A stretch of DNA of 64,000 nt from Halorussus marinus (GCF_004765795.1 NZ_SBIV01000003.1:62001-126000), one strand, 5' to 3'. Numbered from the stretch's first letter, positions 1-10,600 are shown. Notes: generated by a model from the letters alone, not told the origin. Made by a program: numbers and translations.

Positions 1-1003
1 CGGCGTCGCCGCGATGGGCGGCACCTACCTCGGGATCATCTTCGCCACCGCGCCGGCCCGCCACGTCGCGCTCGTCGCGGCCCGCTCGCTACAGGGCACC
101 GGCGACACCCGGACGCCGATGTACGTCAACGTCGTCTCGAACCTCCTCAACATCGGCGGCACGGTCGCGCTCGGCCTCGGTCTCGGCCCGTTTCCGCGCT
201 GGGAGATCGTCGGCGTCGGGGTCGCGACCGCCTTCGGCAACGTGTTCACCGCGCTCGCGCTGGTGGCGGCCATCCGGTGGGATCTGACCGAGGCGTCGTT
301 CGCCCGCCCGACCGACGCCGTCATCGCCCGCCAACTGTTGGCCGTGAGCGCCCCGCGCATCGCGGAGGGGCTCGCGGCCACCGTCGCGGAGTTCCCGTTC
401 AACTCGATCCTGCTCGGGTTCGGCACCGAGGTCAACGCCGCCTACCAGATCGGCCGCCGGATGTACCAGCAGGTCACCGGGCCGCTCTCGCGGGGATACA
501 GCGTCGCCTCCAGCGTCGTCGTCGGGCAGGCGCTCGGCGAGGGCGACCCCGTCCGCGCCCGGTTCGAGGGGTGGGCGACGGGCGCGCTCGCCCTGGTTTC
601 GGTCGGCGCCATCGGCGTCGCGCTCGTCTTCGGCGCGGACCGGCTGGTCGAGTTGTTTACCGACGACGCCGCGACCCTCGAGTACGCCGCTGACTTCGCG
701 CGAGTGTACGGCCTCTCGGCGCCGTTCCTCGCGGTGTTCGTCGTTCTCTCGGGGGCGTTACAGGGCGGTAGCGACACACGGACCCCGTTCGTCGCCCGGA
801 CCACGGGGATGTTCGGGTTCATGGTCGGCTTCTCGTGGCTGGTCGGGGTCGTCCTCGACTACGGCGTCGCGGGCGCGTACGCCGGCATCTTCCTCTACTA
901 CGTCTGGTCGTTGCTCGTCGTCGGCGCCGGCTTCCGGTGGGGCGGCTGGGCGGCACGGGCGGCCGACATGATGGAAGAGCGCGGGAGCGTCGAGGAGGCC
1001 TGA
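1..1003 (+). CDS. MATE-family efflux transporter (5'-truncated by window edge)
   Basis: Multi-TM protein with two GxGDTRTP-like repeats (LQGTGDTRTPM, LQGGSDTRTPF); the frame is open from the window start. Confidence 0.85.
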   Translation, partial: GVAAMGGTYLGIIFATAPARHVALVAARSLQGTGDTRTPMYVNVVSNLLNIGGTVALGLGLGPFPRWEIVGVGVATAFGNVFTALALVAAIRWDLTEASFARPTDAVIARQLLAVSAPRIAEGLAATVAEFPFNSILLGFGTEVNAAYQIGRRMYQQVTGPLSRGYSVASSVVVGQALGEGDPVRARFEGWATGALALVSVGAIGVALVFGADRLVELFTDDAATLEYAADFARVYGLSAPFLAVFVVLSGALQGGSDTRTPFVARTTGMFGFMVGFSWLVGVVLDYGVAGAYAGIFLYYVWSLLVVGAGFRWGGWAARAADMMEERGSVEEA

Positions 1004-1025
1004 CGGCCGAAAATAGCGTCGCCGA

Positions 1026-2165
1026 TTACCGGTCTTCGATCGGGACCCACTCGGCGTCCTTCGCGCCGACGTACTTCGCGCGCGGCCGGATCAGCCGATT
1101 GTCGTCGTACTGTTCGAGGACGTGAGCGACCCACCCGCCGGATCGGGACATCGCGAAGATGGGAGTGTAGAGGTCGATCGGGATGCCCATCTGGTAGTAC
1201 GTCGAGGCCGAGTAGAAGTCGACGTTGGGCGCGATTCCCTTCTCCTCGCGCATGTACTCCTCGATGGCGACCGACATCTCGTACCACTTCGTGTCGCCGG
1301 CGGCCTCGCCGAGCTCCTCGCTCTTCTCGCCGAGGATCTTCGCCCGGGGGTCTTTGACGTTGTAGACGCGGTGGCCGAACCCGGCGACCCGTCGGCCCTC
1401 CTCGAGCGCCGTCCGGACCCAGTCGGTCGGCTCCATGTCGCTGTCGTCGATCTCTTCGAGCATCCGCATCACGTTGGCGTTCGCGCCGCCGTGGAGCGGC
1501 CCGGCGAGGGTGCCGACCGCGCTCGTGATCGCGCTGTGGACGTCAGAGAGCGTCGAAGCGGTGACCATCCCGGAGAACGTCGAGGCGTTCAGGCCGTGGT
1601 CGGCGTGGAGGACCAGCGCCATGTCGAACGTCTCGGCCAGCACCTCGTCGGGCTCCTCGTCGTTGAGCATGTAGAGGAAGTTCTCGGCGTGATCGAGGTC
1701 TTCGCGGGGCGCGACGGGGTCGTTGCCGTTCCGGAGGCGCTTGAACGCCGCGACGGCGGTCGGGAGCTTCGCGGTGATGCGCCGGCCCTTCCGGAGGTTG
1801 ACCTCCCGGTCGGTGGGGTCGGCCGACGAGTCGTCGGGGTCGTGGGCCGACAGCATCGAGGCCACGGTCCGGACGGCCGCCATCGGCTCCTCGTCGGCGG
1901 CCGCGAGCTTCCGGACCGTATCCAGAACGTCCTCGTCGAGTTCGCGCTCGGCCGCCATCGACTCGGAGAACGCCGCGAGCTCCGCTGTGTCGGGGAGTTC
2001 GCCGTGCCAGAGCATGTACAGAACCTCCTCGTAGCTCGCGTTCCGGGCGAGGTCCTCTATCGCGTAGCCGCGATAGACGAGTCGCCCCTCGTCGCCGTCG
2101 ATGTAGCTGAGTCCCGATTCGGCGACGACGACGCCCTCTAACCCTTTCTTGACCTCGTCTGACAT
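1026..2165 (-). CDS. citZ: Citrate synthase
   Basis: KKGLEGV N-terminus; HADHGLNAST, GPLHGGAN, GFGHRVY and NVDFYS motifs. Confidence 0.96.
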   Translation of the reverse strand: MSDEVKKGLEGVVVAESGLSYIDGDEGRLVYRGYAIEDLARNASYEEVLYMLWHGELPDTAELAAFSESMAAERELDEDVLDTVRKLAAADEEPMAAVRTVASMLSAHDPDDSSADPTDREVNLRKGRRITAKLPTAVAAFKRLRNGNDPVAPREDLDHAENFLYMLNDEEPDEVLAETFDMALVLHADHGLNASTFSGMVTASTLSDVHSAITSAVGTLAGPLHGGANANVMRMLEEIDDSDMEPTDWVRTALEEGRRVAGFGHRVYNVKDPRAKILGEKSEELGEAAGDTKWYEMSVAIEEYMREEKGIAPNVDFYSASTYYQMGIPIDLYTPIFAMSRSGGWVAHVLEQYDDNRLIRPRAKYVGAKDAEWVPIEDR

Positions 2166-2279
2166 ACCCTGATACTTCTCGGCAAGCCGGGAAAAGGATT
2201 ATCTTTTGTTTCTATTTCGGAGCGCCGCCACCGAACTCGCCCGCGAACGTTTTTATCGGGCCCCGTCCAACGTCACCGT

Positions 2280-3494
2280 ATGAACCCTTCGGCGGGCGAC
2301 GTCGAATACGAGCCCGTCAGCGTCAAGGCGGTGCTGGCGGAGATGAAAGACACCGCCGAACTGCTGATCGACCTCTCGTTTTCGGCGGTGCTCCACGGTA
2401 GCGACGACGTCGCCCGGGAGGTGCTCGACCTCGAAGCCCGGATGGACGTCCTTCAGATGCGAGCCCGGATGAGCCTTCTGATGGCCGCCCGGAGCCCTGA
2501 GGACGCCGAACAGCTGGCGCCGGTGCTCGGTGTGGTCGGCGCCGCCGAGAAGATAAGCGACGCCGCCGGCGACATCGCGAAGGTCGTGCTGGAGGATATC
2601 GGCCTGCCCGACGCGATGCGGGCCGCGCTCCCCGAGGCGGTCGAGACGCTGGTTCGGGCGGAGCTCGCGACCGACTCGGGGTTCGCCGGCCGCACGCTCG
2701 GAGCCGCCGACCTCGAAACCGAGACCGGCGTCCGGGTCATCGCGATCCGTCGGGGCCGCGACTGGATCACCAACCCCGACCGGGACACCCGCCTCGACGC
2801 CGGCGACAGCCTCCTGTTGCGGGGCACCGAGGATGGGATCGCGGACGTGTACGAGCGCGCGACCGGCCACGCCTACGAGCCGCCCGCGGAGGTCGACCCC
2901 GGCATCGAGGACCTCGAACGCGCGGTCGACTCGATCGTGCTGATGAAAAACATGAGCGAACTCGGGGTCGACCTCGCGTACGGGAGCGTCCTGTTCGACA
3001 GCGAGGCGGTCGCCGAGGAGGTCGTCGAACTCGAAGCTGAAGTCGACGCCCTCCAGTCGCGGTTCGAGGCCTGGACTCTGCGGGCCGCCGCCCGGGTCGA
3101 CGACCCCGTCTCGCTCCGCGGGCTGGTCCACCTCGCGAACGCGACCGAGGTCGTCAGCGACGCCGCGGTCGAGATCAGCGAGGGCGTCCTCCGGGGGCTT
3201 GGCACCCACCCGGTCGTCGAGCAGGCGGTCGAGGAGAGCGACGAGGTGATCGTTCGGCGGACCGTCGCGCCCGACAGCGAGTTCGACGGCGCGACTCTCG
3301 GCGACCGCGAGGTCGAAACCGAGACCGGAATGCGGGTCATCGCGGTCCGACGCTCGACCGGCGACGAGCGCGACTGGATCATCCAGCCCGGCCCGACGAC
3401 CGAGCTCCGGGCCGGCGACGTGTTCCTCGCGAAGGGGACACGGTCTGGCGCCGAGCGACTCGCGGCGCTCACGGGCGAGGAGGCCGCCGACTGA
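2280..3494 (+). CDS. Tandem PhoU-like/TrkA-C (RCK_C) domain protein
   Basis: Two repeats of MK(D/N)xxELxxDL helical units, each followed by a TrkA-C-like segment (LETETGVRVIAIRRG, ETETGMRVIAVRR). Confidence 0.8.
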   Translation: MNPSAGDVEYEPVSVKAVLAEMKDTAELLIDLSFSAVLHGSDDVAREVLDLEARMDVLQMRARMSLLMAARSPEDAEQLAPVLGVVGAAEKISDAAGDIAKVVLEDIGLPDAMRAALPEAVETLVRAELATDSGFAGRTLGAADLETETGVRVIAIRRGRDWITNPDRDTRLDAGDSLLLRGTEDGIADVYERATGHAYEPPAEVDPGIEDLERAVDSIVLMKNMSELGVDLAYGSVLFDSEAVAEEVVELEAEVDALQSRFEAWTLRAAARVDDPVSLRGLVHLANATEVVSDAAVEISEGVLRGLGTHPVVEQAVEESDEVIVRRTVAPDSEFDGATLGDREVETETGMRVIAVRRSTGDERDWIIQPGPTTELRAGDVFLAKGTRSGAERLAALTGEEAAD

Positions 3495-3495
3495 C

Positions 3496-3756
3496 TCAGT
3501 CCAGTTCCTTCGCGAGCCGATACGCCGAAATCAGCGTCAGCACCGTCGTCGCCAGCGCGCCGAGCGCCGACCCGAAGACGAACCCCAGTCCGAGGTAGTA
3601 CGCCACCGGTCGCTGGGCGCCGGGCAGGAAGACGAACACCGCGAGCACTGCCGCCGTGGCGAGCGCCGCGAACGAGAACCCCCGGACGGCGTTCCGACGG
3701 ACGTTCAGCGCCGCGGCGAAGTTGGCCCGCGGGCGCTCGGGGACGGGTTCGGACAC
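3496..3756 (-). CDS. Small two-TM hypothetical membrane protein
   Basis: Two hydrophobic helices; probable GTG start at 3756 (MSEPVPERPRANF). Confidence 0.65.
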   Translation of the reverse strand: MSEPVPERPRANFAAALNVRRNAVRGFSFAALATAAVLAVFVFLPGAQRPVAYYLGLGFVFGSALGALATTVLTLISAYRLAKELD

Positions 3757-3804
3757 GGTCGGCGATTGGGACGGAACCGTCAAAGGCGCGTCGGTCCGCG
3801 CCGT

Positions 3805-3933
3805 TCAGTCGGTCTCTGTGCCGGCGGTCGCCTGCGGGCGCCCGTTCGCGGCGGCCGGGATCCGGGCCTCCAGCGCCAGCGCGCCGGCGCCGAACAGGAG
3901 GCTCGCCGCGACCAGCACCGATCGGAGCGACAT
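3805..3933 (-). CDS. Possible 42-aa membrane peptide (MSLRSVLVAASLLFGAGALALEARIP...)
   Basis: ATG-to-TGA ORF in an intergenic gap with one hydrophobic helix; below the ORF-track cutoff. Confidence 0.3.
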   Translation of the reverse strand: MSLRSVLVAASLLFGAGALALEARIPAAANGRPQATAGTETD

Positions 3934-4058
3934 TCAGCCGCCGATAGCTCTCTCCGGGCCATAGGGGTTCGGGAACCGCCGAGCAGTTGCCGGTTCGGCG
4001 CGTCGGCGTTTCGCCGAGACCGAACCGCTAAAGGGCGTGTAGGCGTCGGTTATGGGTA

Positions 4059-5015
4059 ATGAAGACGCTCGGAACGGCGAGTGCCGCCCCCGGCGAGTTC
4101 GACACGGGACGGTTGCAGGTCGGCGAAACGCGCGACGGAAGCGAGTTCGGACTGCCGGTCGCGGTGCTGAACGGCGCCGACGACGGGCCGACGCTGTACG
4201 TCCAGGCGGTCAGCGACGGCGACGAACTCAACGGGCTCGGGGTGCTCCGGCGGGCGATCCCCCAGATCTCTCCGGCGGCTCTCTCCGGGACGATCTTGGC
4301 GGTCGGCATCGTGAACTACCACGCCTTCCAGGTGGCCGAGCACCGCAATCCGATCGACGACACGAAGATGAACCGCACCTACCCCGGTAGCGAGTCGGGG
4401 ACGTCGAGCGAGCGCATCGCGGCCGCGACCTTCGAGGCCGCCTCGCGGGCCGACTACATCCTCGACCTCCATCAGGGGTCGACCAGCCGGATGCTCAACG
4501 AGGCCCGCGTGCGGTGCGGTCGGCGCCACCGGCTCCACGACGACTGTCTCGAACTCGCGAAGGTGTTCGGCTGTGGCCACGTCCTCGACCAGAAGGGTCC
4601 GGACGGCCAACTCGCTCGGGTGGGTCCCGACGAGGGCATCCCGGCGATCGACCCCGAACTCGGCGGCGCCATCGGGTGGGACGAAGAGAGCATCCGGTAC
4701 GGCGTCGACGGGCTGTTCAACGTCCTCCGGTACTACGGCTTTCTCGACGGGAGCGTCGACCCCGACCCCCAGATCAGAGCGTCCGGGTTCGACCGGTACG
4801 GCTCGCCGTCGGGCGGACTGGTCGACTTTCAGGTGGCTCTCGGCGACCCGGTCGACCCCGGCGACGTGCTGTTCGAGGTGACCGACCCGTTCGGCCAACT
4901 CAAGGCCGAGGTGACCGCCGACGACTCGGGCGTGTTCTGGCGCTCGCGCCGGCTCCCGCAGGTGGCGACCGGCGAGTACGTCTGCTCGGTCGGCACCAAC
5001 GTCAGCGAGTACTGA
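4059..5015 (+). CDS. Succinylglutamate desuccinylase/aspartoacylase family protein
   Basis: SDGDELNG, MNRTYPG and ILDLH motifs; C-terminal biotinyl-like barrel (SPSGGLV...VDPGDVLFEVTDPFG). Confidence 0.88.
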   Translation: MKTLGTASAAPGEFDTGRLQVGETRDGSEFGLPVAVLNGADDGPTLYVQAVSDGDELNGLGVLRRAIPQISPAALSGTILAVGIVNYHAFQVAEHRNPIDDTKMNRTYPGSESGTSSERIAAATFEAASRADYILDLHQGSTSRMLNEARVRCGRRHRLHDDCLELAKVFGCGHVLDQKGPDGQLARVGPDEGIPAIDPELGGAIGWDEESIRYGVDGLFNVLRYYGFLDGSVDPDPQIRASGFDRYGSPSGGLVDFQVALGDPVDPGDVLFEVTDPFGQLKAEVTADDSGVFWRSRRLPQVATGEYVCSVGTNVSEY

Positions 5016-6181
5016 TGGCCGCCGACGCGCCGACGCCGACCGACCTCGCGTGCCCCGACTGCGGCCGGACGTACGACGCCGGCCCGGACGAGCCGTGGCG
5101 GTGTGACTGCGGACGACCGCTCGAACTCGCCGACCGGCCGCTCCCGACCGGCCCCGCCCCGGAGTTCGAGCAACTGGACGCGCGCAGGGGCCTGTGGGCG
5201 TTCGACGCGTTCGTCCCGATCGAGCCCCGGGTCACGCTCGGCGAGGGGTTCACGCCCCTGCAGGACGCCCCCGAGTGGGGACCGAACGCGCAGTTCAAGC
5301 TGGAGTACGTCTTCCCGTCGGGGAGTTTCAAGGACCGCGGCGCGACGACCACTCTCTCGCGGGCCGCCGAACTCGGGGTCGAACGCGTCGTCGAGGACTC
5401 GTCGGGCAACGCGGGCGCGGCGGTCGCCCAGTACGCCGCCCGAGCCGGCATCGAGGCCGACATCTACGTTCCGGCCGACGCGAAGGCCTCGAAGCTCGCG
5501 GCGATCGAGCGGGTCGGCGCGACCCCTATCGAAGTCGAGGGCTCCCGGCAGGACGTGACCGACGCGTGCATCGAGCGCGTGGCGCGAAGTCGAGCCGGAG
5601 CCGACCCGCGACAGCGCGGCGACGCGTGGTACGCCAGCCACGCGTGGAACCCCGCGTTCTTCGCTGGCACCGCGACCGTCGCGTTCGAGATCGCGGCCCA
5701 GCGCGACTGGGACGTGCCGGACGCCGTGGTCGCGCCGCTCGGGCACGGGACGCTCTTTCTCGGCGCCCATCGGGGGTTCCGCGCGCTGACGGACGCGGGC
5801 TGGACCGACGAGATGCCCCGCCTGCTCGGCGCGCAGGCCGCCGGATACGCGCCGATCGCCGACGAACTGCACGGCGACGGGCCGGGCGGCGCCTCGGGGA
5901 CACCGCCCGACGACAACGAGGTCGCGGACGGCATCCAGATCCGCGAACCGGTCCGAAAGGACCAGATCCTCGACGCGATCGAGGCGACCGACGGCGACGC
6001 GATCGCGCTCGGCGCCGACCCGGTCGAGGACGCCCTCGATCGGCTCCACCGGGGCGGGTTCTACGTCGAGCCGACGTGTGCGGCCGCGCCCGCGGCGCTG
6101 GAGCGGTACCGCGAACGGGGCGTCGTCGACCCCGGCGACGACGTGGTCGTCGCGCTGACCGGGAGTGGTCTCAAGTCGTGA
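5015..6181 (+). CDS. Threonine synthase-like PLP-dependent enzyme
   Basis: N-terminal CxxC/CxC zinc ribbon, LGEGFTPL, FKLEYVFPSGSFKDRG (PLP lysine), SSGNAG, LTGSGLK; ATG overlaps the upstream TGA. Confidence 0.88.
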   Translation: MAADAPTPTDLACPDCGRTYDAGPDEPWRCDCGRPLELADRPLPTGPAPEFEQLDARRGLWAFDAFVPIEPRVTLGEGFTPLQDAPEWGPNAQFKLEYVFPSGSFKDRGATTTLSRAAELGVERVVEDSSGNAGAAVAQYAARAGIEADIYVPADAKASKLAAIERVGATPIEVEGSRQDVTDACIERVARSRAGADPRQRGDAWYASHAWNPAFFAGTATVAFEIAAQRDWDVPDAVVAPLGHGTLFLGAHRGFRALTDAGWTDEMPRLLGAQAAGYAPIADELHGDGPGGASGTPPDDNEVADGIQIREPVRKDQILDAIEATDGDAIALGADPVEDALDRLHRGGFYVEPTCAAAPAALERYRERGVVDPGDDVVVALTGSGLKS

Positions 6182-6699
6182 CGGTCCGCCCGGCCGACTA
6201 CTGCCCCGACTGCGGGACCGCCACGACGACCCGGGAGATAGAGGACCGCGAGCGCCGGTACTGCGAGGCCTGCGACCGCCCGGTGTTCCAGAACCCCGCG
6301 CCGACCGCCGCGGCCGGCGTGGTCGACGGCGACTCGGTGTTGCTGGTTGAGCGGGCGGTCCCGCCGGGGGTCGGCGAGTGGACCGTCCCCGGCGGCCACC
6401 TCGAAGCCGACGAACAGCCCGCGGTCGCCGCGGCCCGAGAACTCCGCGAGGAGACCGGCGTCCGGGTCGACCCCGACGCGCTCGAACTGGTCGACGCAGA
6501 ACTCCTCGCTCCGTTCCGTGGTAAGCGCGCCGTCTCGATGGTGTACGCCGTCCCGGCGGCCCGCGCCGAGGGGGCGCCCACCGCCGGGTCCGACGCCGCC
6601 GCGGTCCGGTTTTTCTCCCGCGACGAGGTCGAGGCCGACGAGGACGCGTTCCGGCCCCACGTCCCCGACCGAGTCGAGTCGGTCCTCGACGCGATCTGA
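6178..6699 (+). CDS. NUDIX hydrolase with N-terminal zinc ribbon
   Basis: YCPDCG...YCEAC, Nudix box GGHLEADEQPAVAAARELREETG; GTGA overlap with the upstream gene. Confidence 0.9.
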   Translation: MTVRPADYCPDCGTATTTREIEDRERRYCEACDRPVFQNPAPTAAAGVVDGDSVLLVERAVPPGVGEWTVPGGHLEADEQPAVAAARELREETGVRVDPDALELVDAELLAPFRGKRAVSMVYAVPAARAEGAPTAGSDAAAVRFFSRDEVEADEDAFRPHVPDRVESVLDAI

Positions 6700-6745
6700 G
6701 TCGGCGACCGCTCGTCGCCCGCCCGGAGGATCCCGCGGCTCGGAG

Positions 6746-8170
6746 CTACAACCACCCCGCCTCGGCCCGCGCGACCAGTTCCGAGTCGGCCGCCCGCCAG
6801 TCGTCCTCGGCGTCGGCGAAGACTCGCTCGGCGCGTTCGCTCGCGTCCGCGACGACGGCTTCGGGGTCCGCGTCCACGAACTCGCCGTCGCGAACGATCG
6901 GGTCGCCGGCGACGAACACGTCCCGGACCTCCCGGCCGGTGGTCGAGTGGACGAGGTTCGGGACCGCGGTGTGGAGCGGCTCGGAGACGGTCGGCGCGAC
7001 CCCGAGCGCGTCGACGTCGACGGTGATCACGTCGGCGGCGGTGCCGGCTTCGAGCGTGCCGACCGCGTCGGCGATCCCGAGCGCCTTCGCGCCCTCGACG
7101 GTCGCCAGCCCCAGCGCCCGCCACGCGGGCAGGGCGGTCGGATCGCCGGCCTCGACCTTCGAGAGGAGGCTCGCGGTCCGGGCCTCCCTGAGCAGATTGT
7201 GGTGTCCCGGGCCCGGCGCCTGATCGGTGCCGACGCCCGCGACCCCGCCGCGCTCGACGTAGTCGGCGACCGGGGGCACCTCGCCGTCGATCATGCCGAT
7301 AGAACTCGGACACGCGAGCATGCGGGCGCCGGCCTCGACCAGTCGCTCGCGCTCGGCCGGGGTCGTCCCGTGGCAGTGGACCGCGACCAGAAAGTCGTCG
7401 ACCGCCCCGTGGTCGTCGAGGGCCGAGACGGTGGTCTCGCCGTCGCCGTACCGCTCCTCGATCTGGAGGCGTTCGCGCTCGCCCTGCGCGACGTGCATGT
7501 GGACGTCCCGACCGTGCTCGCGGGCCCGGTCGCAGATCTCCCCGAGCAACTCGGGCGAGACCATATCGAGCGCCTGCGGTCCGTAGGCGGGCTCGACGAG
7601 CGGGTCGTCGCCGTACCGATCGAACAGCGCCTCCGCGCGGTCGAGCGCGGCCTCGCCCTGCTCGCGGTCGAAGGGGTAGAGCTCTCGGGGCCCGAGATCG
7701 GCGCGGTCGTCGGGCACCTCGTTGATCGTCTCGATCGCGACCGTCCGCACGCCCAGGGGCCGGTACACCTCCTCGACGAGCCGGCCGACCTCGCCCGCAT
7801 ACTCGCCGATCGTAGTGACGCCGCCCCGGACCGCCTCCAGCACGCCGAGTCTGGCCCCGACCGCTTCGTCCTCGTCGGTCATGTGGTTCGCGAGCGGGCC
7901 GAGCGCGCGGTTCATCCACTCGATCTCGGGCACGTCCTGTGCGCCCCCGCGCACGAGCGTGTGGCGGGTGTGTGCGTGGGCGTTCACGAGCCCGGGCATC
8001 GTGACCGTCCCCGACCCGTCGATGCGGGTTTCGGCGCTCGCGTCGACGTCGTCGGTCGGTCCGACGTACGCGATCTCGCCGCCGGCGATCCCGAGCGCGC
8101 CGTCCTCGACGATACCGAGCGTCTCGTCGCGAAACGTGAGTAGCGTGGTACCGTGGATCAGGGTATCCAT
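6746..8170 (-). CDS. Amidohydrolase (MTA/SAH deaminase-like)
   Basis: MPGLVNAHAH, HMHVAQ, VHCH, GVGTD, GTLEAGTAAD motifs. Confidence 0.87.
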   Translation of the reverse strand: MDTLIHGTTLLTFRDETLGIVEDGALGIAGGEIAYVGPTDDVDASAETRIDGSGTVTMPGLVNAHAHTRHTLVRGGAQDVPEIEWMNRALGPLANHMTDEDEAVGARLGVLEAVRGGVTTIGEYAGEVGRLVEEVYRPLGVRTVAIETINEVPDDRADLGPRELYPFDREQGEAALDRAEALFDRYGDDPLVEPAYGPQALDMVSPELLGEICDRAREHGRDVHMHVAQGERERLQIEERYGDGETTVSALDDHGAVDDFLVAVHCHGTTPAERERLVEAGARMLACPSSIGMIDGEVPPVADYVERGGVAGVGTDQAPGPGHHNLLREARTASLLSKVEAGDPTALPAWRALGLATVEGAKALGIADAVGTLEAGTAADVITVDVDALGVAPTVSEPLHTAVPNLVHSTTGREVRDVFVAGDPIVRDGEFVDADPEAVVADASERAERVFADAEDDWRAADSELVARAEAGWL

Positions 8171-8305
8171 ACTCGTGATCTCGTAACCACGGCGCTTAAC
8201 GTTCAGGGTGGCGGAAGACGGCGATCCGGGCACGGACGGCTCAGCCGCCGCGAAAGCCAATGCGCACAGTTTTTCAGCGTCGGCCCGGTAGAGGGGTACA
8301 ACGAA

Positions 8306-9298
8306 ATGATCTCGAAGGGCTGCGAACAGTGCGCCGAGGGGGGCAAGATGGTGCTGTTCGTCTACGGCTACTGCGACCAGCGCGACTGCTTTTACTGTCC
8401 GCTCGGCGAGAACCGGAAGAACGTCACCGACGTGTACGCCAACGAGCGGAAGGTCGAGTCCGACGAGGACGTCCTCACCGAGGCAAAGCGCATGGACGCG
8501 CTCGGCACCTCGATCACGGGCGGCGAGCCCCAGGAAGCGATGAACAAGACGTGTCGGTACCTCTCGTTGCTCAAAGACGAGTTCGGCGAGGACCACCACA
8601 CCCACCTCTACACGGGCATCACGGGGGGCCGCGAGAACATGCGCCGGCTCTCGGAGGCCGGCCTCGACGAGATCCGGTTCCACCCGCCGCTGGAGCTGTG
8701 GGGCGACATGCACGGCACCGAGTGGGAGGAGATCCTCTACATCGCCCGCGAGGAGGGGCTGACCCCCGCGTTCGAGATCCCGGGCATCCGCGCCGAGGAG
8801 GAGTTTCTGGAGTTCTTAGACGAGGGGGCCGCGGAGTTCTGCAACATCAACGAGTTCGAGATGAGCGACGGCAACTTCCGCCGGATGCAAGAGGAAGGCT
8901 ACGAGCTTCAGGACGGCCACATGAGCGCGGTCGAGGGCTCGAAGGAGATTCTCGACAGGATGGGCGACCACGACCGGGTCTACTTCTGTACCTCCGTGTT
9001 CAAAGACGCCGCCCAGCACCGCAACCGGATGAAGCGAATGGCCCGCAACATCCGCCGGGAGTTCGACGAGGTGACCGACGACGGCACGCTGGTCTACGGC
9101 AAGACGTGGGAGACCGAACAGCGCCTCGACGAACTCGGGGTCCCCGAGGAGTTCTACAGCGTCAAGTCCGACCACGTCGAGCTCGCGTGGTGGCTGCTCG
9201 AGGAGATGATCGACGAAGGCGATCTCGAAGAGGGCGAGATCGTCGAGCAGTACCCCACCTACGACGGGCAGGTCGTCGAGCGGACGCCGCTGGCGTAG
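8306..9298 (+). CDS. Radical SAM protein (uncharacterised archaeal family)
   Basis: SKGCEQC, CDQRDCFYC cluster motif, SITGGEP, GLDEIRFHP. Confidence 0.85.
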   Translation: MISKGCEQCAEGGKMVLFVYGYCDQRDCFYCPLGENRKNVTDVYANERKVESDEDVLTEAKRMDALGTSITGGEPQEAMNKTCRYLSLLKDEFGEDHHTHLYTGITGGRENMRRLSEAGLDEIRFHPPLELWGDMHGTEWEEILYIAREEGLTPAFEIPGIRAEEEFLEFLDEGAAEFCNINEFEMSDGNFRRMQEEGYELQDGHMSAVEGSKEILDRMGDHDRVYFCTSVFKDAAQHRNRMKRMARNIRREFDEVTDDGTLVYGKTWETEQRLDELGVPEEFYSVKSDHVELAWWLLEEMIDEGDLEEGEIVEQYPTYDGQVVERTPLA

Positions 9299-9358
9299 TC
9301 GTCCGGTGCGGACGGACGAGCGTGGCGCGTCTGGCCGTCTTTCGGGTCGAGGGCGGCT

Positions 9359-10600
9359 TTAGACGCCGGTCGAGTAGCGTAGAATTCCGGCGACGCCGCC
9401 GAACGCCGACTGGAGCTGTTCGCCCTTCTCGAAGTCCGTGGAGATGAACTTCGTCTCGGTGCCGCGCTGTCCGGCGATGTTCATCAGGTACTCGATGGCG
9501 TCCTCGCGCTCGACGATCTCGGCATCCTCGCCGCTCTCGCAGGTGTGGTCGGGCGTGTCCTCGCGCTGGTCGACGAACTCGAACTCCTCTTTCTCGCCGC
9601 AGTCGTAGACCACCACGTCCTTGCGGAGGTCCTCCGAGAGCAACAGCCGGTCGACCGACCCCATCACGAGGTTCTTCCGGGTCGGCTCGAACCCGTAGGT
9701 CGCCTTGTTGCCCTCGTGGAGCTGGCGGAAGAACTCCTCCATCTCCTTTTTGTCTTTCATCACCTCGGCGTCCGCGAGGGCGTCCTCGGCGTTGTCGACC
9801 AGATCGTAGAGTCCAGACTCGTCGGTGTAGGCCACGTCGAACTTGCCGAGCACCTTCTGCTGGATCTCGTGGTGGAGGTAGTCGCCGTCGAGGAACTCGT
9901 CTTTGGTCGGCGAGGGGCCGCCGACGAGCACGCCGTCGATGTTCTCGCGCTCGGGGACGAACAGGTCGTTGGCCATCTCGGCGACCTCCTGATAGAAGTT
10001 GTCGATGGCTTCGAGCCGCAGGCGGGCGAACCGCTGGGCGGACTGGCCCCCTTTCCGCTGTTTGCCCGGCACCAGCGACGAGGCGGACTTGACCGGCTCG
10101 ACGCGCTTGCCCCGGAGCCAGCCGACGTTGGCCTCGCGCCGGTCGAGCACGATGAGGCCGTACAGCCCCTTGTCGGCCAGCATCTGTTCGAGGGGGTCGG
10201 TCAGGAACGCCGAGTCGCAGTGGTACCGGAACGACTCGATGGGTTGGGGCGGGTCTTCGAGCACCTTCGTGACCATGTCGGTCCGGCCGCCGCCCGAGTC
10301 GATCGCGCCGCTGAAGATGACCAGCCCGTTGTCCGGCGGGAAGGTATCGTAGTAGCGGAGCCGGTCTTTGATCGAGGTGAGCGCGTCCTGAACGTTCGTG
10401 CGGGTCTGTTTGGACTTGATGTTGCTCGCCTCGCTGTGCTCTTGGGTGACGTGGGCGACCACGTCGCTGATCTGCTTGTCCGGCGGGATGTAGATCGTTA
10501 CGAGCTGGGTCCCCGAGCCCTCGTAGTCTTTGAGGTCCTCGATGACCCTTCGGAACTCGTATTTTTTCCGGTCGGACTGCTCGTCCTCCTGCTCACTCAT
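9359..10600 (-). CDS. prf1: Peptide chain release factor aRF1
   Basis: ASNIKS, YHCD and KGGQSAQRF motifs; C-terminal AFGGVAGILRY. Confidence 0.97.
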   Translation of the reverse strand: MSEQEDEQSDRKKYEFRRVIEDLKDYEGSGTQLVTIYIPPDKQISDVVAHVTQEHSEASNIKSKQTRTNVQDALTSIKDRLRYYDTFPPDNGLVIFSGAIDSGGGRTDMVTKVLEDPPQPIESFRYHCDSAFLTDPLEQMLADKGLYGLIVLDRREANVGWLRGKRVEPVKSASSLVPGKQRKGGQSAQRFARLRLEAIDNFYQEVAEMANDLFVPERENIDGVLVGGPSPTKDEFLDGDYLHHEIQQKVLGKFDVAYTDESGLYDLVDNAEDALADAEVMKDKKEMEEFFRQLHEGNKATYGFEPTRKNLVMGSVDRLLLSEDLRKDVVVYDCGEKEEFEFVDQREDTPDHTCESGEDAEIVEREDAIEYLMNIAGQRGTETKFISTDFEKGEQLQSAFGGVAGILRYSTGV

